The notes below the pieces were generated by a model. The model had not been told where the DNA came from, ran no database searches, and worked only from the letters and a program-made list of their open reading frames with translations. Of a DNA stretch of 64,000 nucleotides, positions 53,366-64,000 are shown piece by piece. Where the stretch lies: NCBI RefSeq assembly GCF_009914755.1, contig NC_060931.1; one strand, 5' to 3'. Source of the stretch: the human T2T-CHM13v2.0 reference genome, Homo sapiens. Position 1 is the first letter of the stretch; each line of letters starts with the position of its first letter. The translations under genes and the position numbers were made by a program.

Positions 53366-53770
53366 TCTACTTTTTCTAATTTCCTGACCGTTCCATTGAA
53401 TGCTTCACATGTTCTTACCTTAATCTTTAGGCCTAATTTTGATAATTGTCATATTATGAATATATGTATTTTTTTGCGTTAGGCCTGGAGACTTTTAGTT
53501 ATATGTATTATCTATAGAGAGACTGACCTAATTGTACTTCAACTTCAATAACCATTGCATTTCCCTAAGTAGATGTAAGCAACATTTTAAAAGGGCCCCT
53601 TTATCTTAAAGAAGTAGATGAAACGCTGGTAACTGTGTAATAAAATTTAAATAACCTCTATGGAGGCATTATTTTGTTACATACCATTTTGAGTTTTAAT
53701 TGAAGAAAACAGCTGACTAAATTGTTGCCAAAAACATTAATGGGACTATTGTTGTTTGATGAAATTTCAT

Positions 53771-53772
<2 letters not shown>

Positions 53773-53813
<41 letters not shown>
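53773..53813. repeat. (GT)~20 microsatellite
   Basis: Direct reading. Confidence 0.95.
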
Positions 53814-53817
<4 letters not shown>

Positions 53818-55206
53818 CTACAATGTACTTGTTTTCCTCTTTTTCTTCTGTAAAACATGACTGAGAACACATAAAATCAGATTGGAATAATAATATTAAT
53901 AACAATAATAATAGTTACCATATATTTGATGCTAACCATGTGTCAATTCATTCTCCACCTAATTTTCATAAAAATCCAAACTCCTTTTCATACAGGGTCA
54001 CACCTAATCCGACCCTAACACCCTCACTTTTTGACATACTCTCAGGCCTTGAAGATTCTGTTTTCCTGGTAAAGGACACCAATTTTTTAAGGGGCTAAAG
54101 GCAGAGGTTAAAGGTGAAAAGCTGTTTCTAATCTGTTAGGTCTCGACTTAAAGGATGGCTAATCTAATCATCCCACTTGACATAGGGATTTATAGTTGCC
54201 ATTTATCTCAAGACCCTGTGTTTTTCTTTTAATTTATAGCTATTAAAAATTAATGATTGTGATATTTGCACCTTTACTTTTTTTTTCCTGTTTCCAGCCA
54301 GACTCTAAGCTCCACTACAGTATCAAAGTGCCCAGCTTCATGTGTGGCACATTAGTTAAGGGCTCAATTACATCTGCTGAGTGTATAAAAGGGCCCTGTT
54401 CTGGGCACCTTTCACATAGTACACTGTCTGCAGATGAGAAAACTGAAGCACAGAGGAGTATATTATATGCATTATATTCTGGTTAATGGGCAACAGAGGT
54501 GCTATGAGGGGACCACAGGTCTCTACCCCAAGGCCTTTGCTCCTCTGACTCCACCCAACCACCTCCAAGAATCAAGGCCTGATAATGACAGCCAGTGGAA
54601 ATATGGTTTGGCAAGAATACTCTACAGTTGGATTTTGAACTCTGCTAACTTGCCAATCACTATTGTGTACTGAGAATTTTCATTGGTCTTTCATTGTACA
54701 TCCTGATCTATAATCAGACATGGAAAGAGAAGGGTTCTTGAGCATCTCTTTACCCAGTTTTGAGCTGGGACAATTCCTGACAGTTATTGACCTCCCTTGG
54801 ATTTTTTGTTCTGTACTAAGGCAGAGGCAGCCATGAGGACAGCCAAGCCTTTGATTTGAGTCATACCCAGCTATCAGGAAGCAGATGGATAGGGAACACA
54901 TCCAAACTGCTATGCTTTGTCATGACTTGATTTAAGCAATAACTATTGGCTTATTTACCAATTTCCAAACAGTGTTTATTCAAGGAACTACATTTTCTCA
55001 TATTCTTTCTCAACTTCACATTTCTTCCTTCCCTAATACTTAATGCATGGTCCATGACCATTATCAAAAGCAAATACAGCCCTGTAAGTACAACGTGACA
55101 AGGCAGGATTCAAATTGGCTTACTAACAATACTTAATTCTATGGATTAAAGACATAATGAAATGATATTTGACAAACATGTATTGAGTTATTCTCAAGGT
55201 TACCTA

Positions 55207-55646
55207 TGTCAAAGGAAACAAGAGCTGGACAGTAGTTAAGGGCTGCACTCAGGAACAACTGCAATGGGTTGAGGGAGACTTCAGCAAAGAACAAGTCTCC
55301 ATTCCAAACACAGCAAAGACAAGTGGGGCTTTATAGTCAAGGAGCAGGCTGAGGATCAGCAGATAGAAAATTACTAAGAGAAAATATCCAGGCCAGGGGT
55401 ATTTTTGGCTAAACCTAGTTGACAAGATTCTTGCTGAAGGTAGGCCTGGGTGATAAGATATTAAGCATGGGGAATGAGGATGTTGATCAGATATTGAGGA
55501 TAGGCAATTATTGATAAAATGACTTAGCAACATTCTTGCTAGAACTGGGCAATGCGAAGATGAAAATGGACACCCTATAAGGCCTAGCTGAGAAGAAAGT
55601 TCAGAGGAGTCTGACTAAAGGTAGGTTAAGGAGAGAGTCTTTATCA
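55207..55646 (-). mobile_element. MER31-family ERV1 solo LTR
   Basis: TG...CA termini with perfect TSD ccta; aagttcagaggagtctgactaaag...gagagagtctttatca. Confidence 0.85.
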
Positions 55647-56999
55647 CCTAGTTTGTCTGCACACCATCTAATACAACTTGCCACAGCAATAGGGGAGTTT
55701 TTCTCTTCCTAGTGTCTAATAGTCTTAATTTTATAATTTGCCTTTATTACTTCATATAAAAAGATAAAACTTTTAGCGTTTACATATGCTTGGGCACTAT
55801 GGTAGCTATTTTAGACATTGTAAACCTAGCTCAATGGCCATTTAGAATTTACTTTAAAATATTGAGTGCTATGATCCAAATATTTTTAAAAGATAAGTTG
55901 TAAATTTTAAGCGTAAGTAATGATTGAAATCAGGCTTCCTAATGAACCCAAGTGATCCTAAATTGCCAACATAGATATTCTTTTTTTCAAAAGGATTTTA
56001 TTTCTGGAAACTCATGGCTACTCTCTCTGCCCCTGGGCCTTTGTCAGGGACATGGGATGTACCCTGGCTCATATCCCTAGGCACAAGTACTAGGGAGAAA
56101 GTTAGGATATTTGTTCCTTCCATTTCAGAAGACTCCAAAGTTGTTTAATTTGAACTCTCTCTTTCCAGAGTTCAGCATACTTGAGCAAGAGGAATTATTA
56201 TCAAACCCCTTAAGATAAAATATCCAATTATTCCTTCTCTCCTGACAAAGGATAGCTACTCAGCTGAAATGTGCACAATCAGTAAAACCACACTGGAGGT
56301 CTTTCAAAGGGCAAAGACTCTCTTCTCTAAGATGGAAGTGGCAATACTCCTTTAAGCTAGTTCTATATTTTATAAGATAAATTTTTGTTGAATCTCGAAG
56401 CAAGGAATGCTTATTCCTCTGATAATGACCAGGATAATTCCTTTGTGGGAAAAATACTCATTTTAAATGGAACAATCACCTTCAAATTTTTATATTCAAT
56501 ACAAGTTGAAAATTCTCTTTAAAATAAGGTAAAGCGTAGCAGTAGCCAACTAGAAAGCAAAGAACTAAATGCAAAACTTATCAGTTGTATAAAGTTACCT
56601 CCTATCATAAAAAGAATCCTCATAAAAGATCAGACCTAGTTCCTAGGTCAATATTCAAGTCTTATAAATTTAGATATATTACCAACTGGAGTATGACAAA
56701 ACCCCATCTTAATATTTGAATCCAGATTCACCATAAAGCCCAACAGTTACAAATGGGTTCATAGCACATTATGACTAAGAAGTAATAAAGGACCCAAACT
56801 TCTGATTGTTACCTTAAATACATTAATAAACAGGAAAAAAGTAAGCTTTTTTCTTAGCATAAATTAAAAATATTTTTTCAATGAAGTTCTTCTAATAGCT
56901 AACACCTTCAATATTGCAGGGAAAAAATTTAATTCTATCAAAAGTACAGTTTCTATATACAAGTAAATATTCTCAATACAAGTAAATATTTAACTCTCA

Positions 57000-59084
57000 G
57001 GGGAGGCTTCAAGATGGCAGTCTAGGGGTATTTTGTATTCACTTCTTCCCCCCCCAAAAAAAGAAAAAAAAATAGCAAGTAGATAATCACACTTTGGAAA
57101 ACCCATCCAAGAGAGAACACTGGAATTTAACAGAAAAGTGACAGGCAATATCTAAAGCAAGAAAGGAGAAGGAATTGAGGCAGCCTACTCAGCCAGGATC
57201 TGCTGGGAGCCAAGAGAGGCTAATACAGGGAAAGTGTAAGTGAGAGACCCTCAGCAGTCCACATTCCCACCATGGACTCCTGCAATCCTGATCATGGGAC
57301 AGCCCCTTGACTCTCTTGGGCCCTGAAACTAACATAGGGAGCTACAGAGAGATCATACAACCACGGCTCTGCCCCATGGAGGAAGCTCATGCTGGATCTC
57401 TCACATTCCCTGAGACCTTAGCAGCTACAGCAAGGAGCCGTTTTAGAACTCCACCCCTAACACACAGCACACTGTCCTGGAGCCCAGTGGTGCTGCAGCT
57501 GAGGTGCAAGACAAGCATTGGCTGCTGCCCGAAGGGCTGAAGCACAAGTACCATAGGCTACTGCACATGGGGCAGAGGTGCAACAGAGGTCTGGGATATT
57601 CTCTTTAGAACTGAGGTGCAAGTGAAACACAATTCTAGAGCCCTGCACCCGTATACTGAGCACTGTCTTGGAACCCAGCAGTGCTGGGGCGGAAGGCCCA
57701 GAGAAATGACAGCTGCTGCCCCCAGGACCTAGGCATCAGCAAGTGTGGGCTGCTATACATGTGGAAGTGTCACCAAAGTGAAGGCTACCACCAGGGCTGA
57801 GCAAGGTGCCATTCAGAGTCCCACCCCCAACAGACTGAGGACTACTCTGTGGCACTGCAGTGCTGGGACTGAGACTCAAAAGAAGATCTGACTGCTGACT
57901 TCAGGGCTGCGGTGCATACAGTTGCAGGCTACCACATCCAGGCTGAAGGATGAGTGCTCCCAGGAATGAAGTATAAGTGACATGCATGCTCCCCATCCGA
58001 CAGCCCAGCCACTGGTGTCTCCCACCCTAGCCTTCCACTGGTGGCCTGAGGATTGCCCCACCCCTGCCTACCATGGCTAGTACCTATACATATCATCAGG
58101 GAAGCTGAGGGCAAGCCTGCCTGGCACAGCTTCACCCCTTCCAACTGTGACAAAGCACACAGTCTAGGGGGCCACACTCACTCAGCCCAGTACACCATTG
58201 CTGGCACTGGAACACTCCTCCCATGGGCCTACCCACCCAGCCACTACCACCACAGCTGGGGCCTACCTGCATACACCACATGCAGGCCTGGAGACTCAGC
58301 CACTCAGCCCATTGCAGCCACTGCCAACACCAGCCTGCACCACTCAGGAACCACAGGGTTGTCTTGCCACTGGCACTGCCACTGCCCATGCCACATAGGA
58401 TGCCCAAGGGCCCCAAAACCTGCCCACTTCCCAGCCCACACCTGCCATACTGGGATCTGAGTAAGCCACCTGGAGTCCCAAGAATCAGCCCACCAGGACC
58501 CTCAAACACTAGTGCTACCTAAGCCATTCTGGGGCCCACAGACAGGCAAGCTCAGTCCACTGGAGCCACCACTAAGGTCTGAAGCCTGGTCTACCTGGCA
58601 TCCAAATATCCAGCAAAACTGTACCATAGCCTCCACTAATAATTGCACCCTAAGCAATTGAGGAAACCTCAGATTCTACTGATGCTATTTACAGCCAAAG
58701 AGATTATACAGAGTCTACACTACTACACTCATCTAGCATGAAAACCAAAGTGCACTACCCTATCAACACCATAGATTCAAAGGAAGTGGAGGGTATGGGA
58801 GATGAAAAAAGTAGATTAATGAGTACTAACATATTGTTAGATAAAGGTATAATTTCTGCCATTAAAAAGCAGGGTAGAATAATAACATGTTATATATTTC
58901 AAAGTAGCAAGAAGAGAGAATTCAAATTGTTCCCAACACATGCAAATGGCAAATACTCAATGTGATGGATACTCCAAATACCTGACTGGATCATTACACA
59001 TTCTATGTATGTAACAAAATATCATGTCTATCATATAAATATGTAAAATAATATGCATTAATTTAAAAAGTAAACAAAATGAAA
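57000..59084 (+). mobile_element. L1MA4/5-like: 1.8-kb 5'UTR joined to the 3' end, both ORFs absent
   Basis: ggggaggcttcaagatggc start; junction at about 58775-58785; 3' end gtgatggatactccaaatacctgactggatcattacacattc; degenerate TSD. Confidence 0.85.
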
Positions 59085-59754
59085 AAATATTTAATTTATA
59101 TACCTTTGAAAAATAGTAAGACAAATTAGACAAATAGTTCATCTTAAATCTTTTAGTATTCTTCTATAAGGAAAAGAAGTGCTTAAACTAAGCAAAAACA
59201 ATACTGGATTTGACTTTTATAGAATATTACCTATAAAGAGTTATCCTACCTGGAAAAAAACGTTAAATTGTAGGTGGTCCCCCAAAATATTTCACAATAT
59301 TTCTGTTACTGATAGAGGAAGAAGATTCTTAGTGTTTGTTGGCATTTAAAAGTTTGAAATTAGACTTTAGAAATATCAACTAACATATCACTCCATCAAA
59401 TTGGTTTCTGGGTAGCTGGTGATTTTGTGCTACAAATTCCATGCTGAATGCTACTAATTTTATGTCTCTTTCAAAGATCAGAGAAGCTTTTATAGACCTC
59501 CCCAGGGATGTATTTTGAAAATAAAATGAGAAAATGCTTCTGAGAAATTTTTTAAAAAGAATATTGGGGCCCAGTATAGACCAATGTTGAAGAGGAACAT
59601 TACATAGCAAATCCACTACAGCTTCCTCTCAGCTATAATACAATCAACAAGATGGATTTGTCAAACTTCTGCTTATCAGTGAGCTTCTGGACTGTGTTCA
59701 GTCCTCAGGATATACTCCTTTGCAAGACACAAAATTAATCACTACAGACATTGA

Positions 59755-60010
59755 AACACTGTATCATGTTTATATAGCATACACTATATGGCAAGTGTTG
59801 TAAATCTTCATGTATATTAATTCATATGATCCTCATCACAATTCTGTGATATGAGGTTAATAGTAAGCCTATTTTATAGATGAGTAGACTAGGCACTGAG
59901 AAGTTCTAGCAACTTTCTCAAACTCACACAGCTAATAGATAGCAGAGTGGGTATTTTTTTCCCCAGGTAATTTGGCTCCAGGACCCATGCTTTTAACCAG
60001 TATATCAATA
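59755..60010 (-). mobile_element. MIR SINE, near full length
   Basis: atcctcatcacaattctgtga...attttatagatgagtagactaggcac...cttttaacca. Confidence 0.85.
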
Positions 60011-60163
60011 TAGAGTGTCTTTTCTGATCTTGCCTTTTTAACCCTTGATCCCTTCCTCTGTTCCCATAGTCACCTTCTGGTTCCACACTTGCTGCTCCTG
60101 GTTTGCGTTTACCATTTTGCCTCATTTACATTTGAAAATCCATCTGTTGCCAATCATTATGAC

Positions 60164-60304
60164 TAGGGTGATGATACATCCTAGTTTCTCCAGTATACTC
60201 AGGGTTTCTGCTTGTTGTATTGATATCATAATTCATAACACACATCCCCTCCCTCGTTAATTCTCAAAATTTTCAGTGTGATGATAAATTTTATGGCCAC
60301 CCTA
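60164..60304 (+). mobile_element. MER94 (hAT-Blackjack MITE)
   Basis: TIRs tagggtg.../...cacccta; 8-bp TSD attatgac/gtcatgac. Confidence 0.85.
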
Positions 60305-60737
60305 GTCATGACTGACTCAAAAACTTCATTAAAATGTTTTGGCTGGAAGCTCCCATCAGGCTGCAGACTTTATAACTGGGGCCACATACCACCACCTATT
60401 ACCAGGACTCTCCAGTATTGCCAACAGTGTCCCTGAAAATGGTCATGCAAATGATAGTTACTTCTCTTGTCTATAAAAATGAGATAATAAATCAGGAGAG
60501 GACAGTGTAAGGTATAACATATTATTCAATCTAACTCTTACACCTAAAAAGTCAAAATTAGATAAAGCAGATTGAGTTTGTTTGAAAAAAAGGCAGCTGA
60601 GGAATAGGGAAAAACTAAGAGATGGAACTATTATAACACTCAAAGCCTTAGATTCCCACAAAAACCCATTATAATAGAATGAATAAACAATTTCATATAT
60701 ATATATACATATACACACATATATACACACACACATC

Positions 60738-61018
60738 TTTTTTGAGATGGAATCTTGCTCTATTGCCCAGGCTGGTGTGCAATGGCACAACTTCAGCTCA
60801 CTGCAACCTCCGGATGCAAGCAATTCTCCTGCCTCAGCCCCCGGGTAGCTGAGATTTCAGGTGCCCACCACCACGCCTGGCTAATTTTGTATTTTTAGTA
60901 GAGACGGGGGTTTCACCATGTTGGCCAGGCTGGGTCTCGAACCCCTGACCTCAGGTGATCCACCTGCCTCATCCTCCCAAAGCACTGGGATTACAGGCAT
61001 GAGCCACTGTGCCTGGCC
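60738..61018 (-). mobile_element. AluS (Sq/Sx-like) whose tail is largely (TA)n(CA)n
   Basis: Full dimer; TSD core acaatttca flanks the Alu plus the microsatellite at 60695-60737. Confidence 0.9.
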
Positions 61019-61333
61019 TACAATTTCAACAACATTGAAGGACATGAGGTCAGTTCTCAAAAATCAATTGTATTTTGATGCACTGTCAATAAACAATCTA
61101 AAAATGAAATCAATAAACAATCGCACTTACAATAGCATCAAAAATAACAGAATTCTTAGAAATAAGTAATCGAGGAAGTGTAAGACTCGGACATTGAAAA
61201 TGATAAAGCATTGAAAAAACTTTTTAAAAATTAACAATCATTTATTAGTGTTTGTGAATTGGAAGACTTAATATTGTTACGATACTAATAATCCCCAAAT
61301 TGATCTACAGATTCAATGTAATTTTTATCAAAA

Positions 61334-61548
61334 TCACTGCAACCTCTGCCTCCTAGGTTCAAGCTATTCTACTTCCTCAGCCTCCTGAGTAGCTGGGACT
61401 ACAAACCACCCAGCTAATTTTTGTATTTTTAGTAGAGACGGGGTTTCACCATGTTGGCCAGGACGGTCTCAATCTCTTGACTTCATGATCCACCCGCCTT
61501 GGCCTCCCAAAGTGCTGGGATTACAGGCGTGAGCCACCACACCTGGCC
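61334..61548 (-). mobile_element. AluSc-like, lacking its 3' end and tail
   Basis: Runs from cactgcaacctc to cctggcc; no T tract and no TSD. Confidence 0.9.
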
Positions 61549-62370
61549 GAAAGCTGATTCTAAAATTCATATGGAGTTAGAAAAATCCAGAATAGGGAAA
61601 ACAATTTGAAAAAAAAAGGGACAAATTTGGAGAACTCACCCTTCCCAATTTTGTTACCTACCTACAAAACTACAACAATCAAAACAATGTGGTATTGACA
61701 TAAAGACAGAAATAGAGATTAATGGAATGGAATTGAGAGTACAAAAATAAATCCTTATGTTTATGATTGATTTTTGACAAGGGTGCCAAGACAATTCAAC
61801 AGAGAAAGAAGAGTCTTTTTAACACATGGTGCTGGGACAAATGGATATTGATATATAAAAGAATAAAATTGGAAAAGCTCCCTCACACCATAAACAAAAA
61901 TGAACTCAAAGTAGATTGCAGACTTACATGCAACTTCTAAAACTGTAAAACTCACAAATGAAAATAGGTAAATCTTCATGACCTTGATTTGTCAACAATT
62001 TCTTAGACATAACACCAAAATCACAAGCAACAAAAGAAAAAAAAAGTGAATTGTGCTTCAATAAAATTAAAATATTTTGTGATTCAAACATCACTATCAA
62101 GAAAGTGAAAAGACAGCCCATATAAGGGAATAGATATTTGTAAAGTACATATCTGGTAAGGAACTAGTACCCAGGATATATTAACAACTCTTACATCTCA
62201 ACAATAAAGACAAATAACTCAAACAAAATGGGATTTGAATAGAGATTTTTTTGAAAAGGATTTGAATAGAGGTTTTCCCAAAGAAAATATGCAAATGACC
62301 AATAAGCACCTGAAAAGATGCTTTAACATCATTAGTCATTAGGGAAATGCAAATAAAAATCACAACGAGG

Positions 62371-63541
62371 TATTAACCACTTATCAGATATATGGTTTGT
62401 AAATATTTTTTTCCATTGCTTTTTCACTGTATTGTTTCCTTTGCTGTGCAAAAGCATTTAAGTTTGATATAATCCCACTTCCTTATTTTTGCTTTTATTG
62501 CCTGTGCTTTTGGTATAGACCCAAGAAATTATTGCCAAGACAGTGTCAAGAGGATTTTCCCCTATGTTTTCTATTAGCGGTTTTATAATTTCAGGTCTTA
62601 TATTCAAATCTTTATTTTAAGTTTTTTTTTGTATAATGTAAGATAAGGATCAAATTTTACTCTTTTGTAGGTGGATATTCAGTTTTTCTAATACCATTTG
62701 TTGAAAAAAACAATCCTATCCCAATTGTGTATTCTTAGCACATTTGTTGCAGAATAGTTGGCTATGTATGTGTGGGTCTATTTCTGAACTAGCTATTCTG
62801 TTCTATTTGTCTACATATTGCCTTTATGCCAGTACCATACTGTTTTCATTACAGTGGTTTCATAATATATTTTGCAAACCATATTTCTGAAAAGGGGTTA
62901 ATATCCAAAATACATAAAACTCTCATAGCTCAATAGCACAAAACAAATAAACTGATTAATAAATGGACAAAGAACTTGGATAGACATTTCTCCAAAGAAG
63001 TCATACAAATGGCCAACAGGTATATGAAAAGGTAATCAACATCACCAATCAATTTTCAGAGAATTGCAAATTAAAGCCATAATGACATACTACCCCATAC
63101 TTGTTATTATGACTATTTTTTTAAGAAAAAAGTAAGTGTTGGTGAGGATGTTGTGAAATTGGCCCCTTGCACATTGCTGGTGGTAGTGTAAAATAGAGCA
63201 GCCAATATGGAAAATTGTATGGATGTTTTTCAAAAAATTCAAACCAGATATACCATATAATCCAGCAATTTCACTTCTAGATATAAATTAAAAATAATTG
63301 AAATCAGAATCTTGAAAAGATATCTGCACTCCCATATTTATTACATCATCATTCGCAATAGCCAAAATATCAAAACAATGTAAAACATCCACTGACAGGT
63401 AAGTAAAGAAAATGTGATATAAACATACAATAGAGTATTATTCAGCCTTAAAAAAATAAGGAAATCCTGTCATATGGAACAACTTGATGAACCTACAGGA
63501 CATTATACTAAGTGAAGTAAGCCTTTCACAAAGGACAAATA
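62371..63541 (+). mobile_element. Second L1 (MA/MB-type) with a 5' inversion (62371-62865 antisense, 62866-63541 sense)
   Basis: Antisense ORF2 (tgccagtaccatactgtttt) abuts sense tttgcaaaccatatttctg... Confidence 0.8.
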
Positions 63542-63594
63542 CAGGTATATCTCATTTTATTTGTGCTTCACTTTTTTTCATTTCACAAATATTG

Positions 63595-63631
<37 letters not shown>

Positions 63632-64000
63632 TGAAGGTTTGTTGCAACCCTACTTCAAGCAAATCTGTTAGCTCCATTTCTCCAAATATATGCTCATTTC
63701 ATACCTCTAGGTCATGTTTTACTAATTCTTACAAAACTTCAAACTTTTTCTTCATTATTATTATATCTGTTATGGTAATCTGTGACCAGCGATGTTTGAT
63801 GCTACTATTGTAATTGTTTGAGGACACCATGAGCTGTGCCCAAATAAGATGGTGAACTTAATAAACGTTGCGTGTGTTCTCACTGCTCCATTAACCAGCC
63901 ATTAATCCATCTCTCTCCCTGTTTCCAGTCTTTCCTATTCCCTGAGACACAATATTGAAATTAGGCCACTTAATAACCCTGCAATGGCCTCTAAGTGCTG
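63542..64000 (+). mobile_element. Tigger1 5' end, running off the window
   Basis: TA|caggtatatctcattttatt...tacaaattgaaggtttg...aatattgaaattaggcc...aatggcctctaagtg. Confidence 0.92.

Larger units (their letters stand above)
60640..62370 (+). mobile_element. L1MB-type ORF2 fragment interrupted by two Alus
   Basis: ggaagacttaatattgtt, tgacaagggtgccaagacaattcaa, gaaagtgaaaagacagccc; left boundary approximate. Confidence 0.85.

Noticed and set aside
57307-58522. GC-rich ORF cluster or apparent promoter island
   Set aside because: CpG-depleted old L1 5'UTR.

Overview
AT-rich, CpG-poor, repeat-dense primate (most likely human) intronic or intergenic DNA. Roughly half is recognisable transposable-element sequence: Alu (J, S, Y), L1 (PA, MA, MB, MC/MD, ME), MIR, L2, LTRs (MLT1, MLT2 with ERVL internal sequence, MER39, MER50 x2, LTR10C, MER31, LTR41) and DNA transposons (MER5, MER53, MER58A/B, MER82, MER94, Tigger1, a Blackjack-like transposase fossil). 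No intact protein-coding gene, rRNA, tRNA or CRISPR array is supported; the supplied ORFs are TE-derived, microsatellite-derived or chance. I cannot support a wholly new biological system. The best leads are retrotransposition oddities: a full-length U6/L1MA chimera (51.1-51.5 kb); a TSD-flanked 178-bp insertion of unrecognised sequence inside a MER58B (13.9-14.1 kb); two L1MA elements whose 5' region is joined directly to their 3' end (2.9-4.6 and 57.0-59.1 kb); a 3'-truncated L1PA whose antisense-promoter region carries a perfect splice donor; a twin-priming-type inversion; a tail-less Alu; and a nested ERVL/L1/MER50 stack. A + strand L1 bias and a few minus-strand candidate exons hint at a minus-strand host transcript, which is unproven. 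Subfamily names come from recalled consensus sequences, and boundaries of old repeats are approximate.
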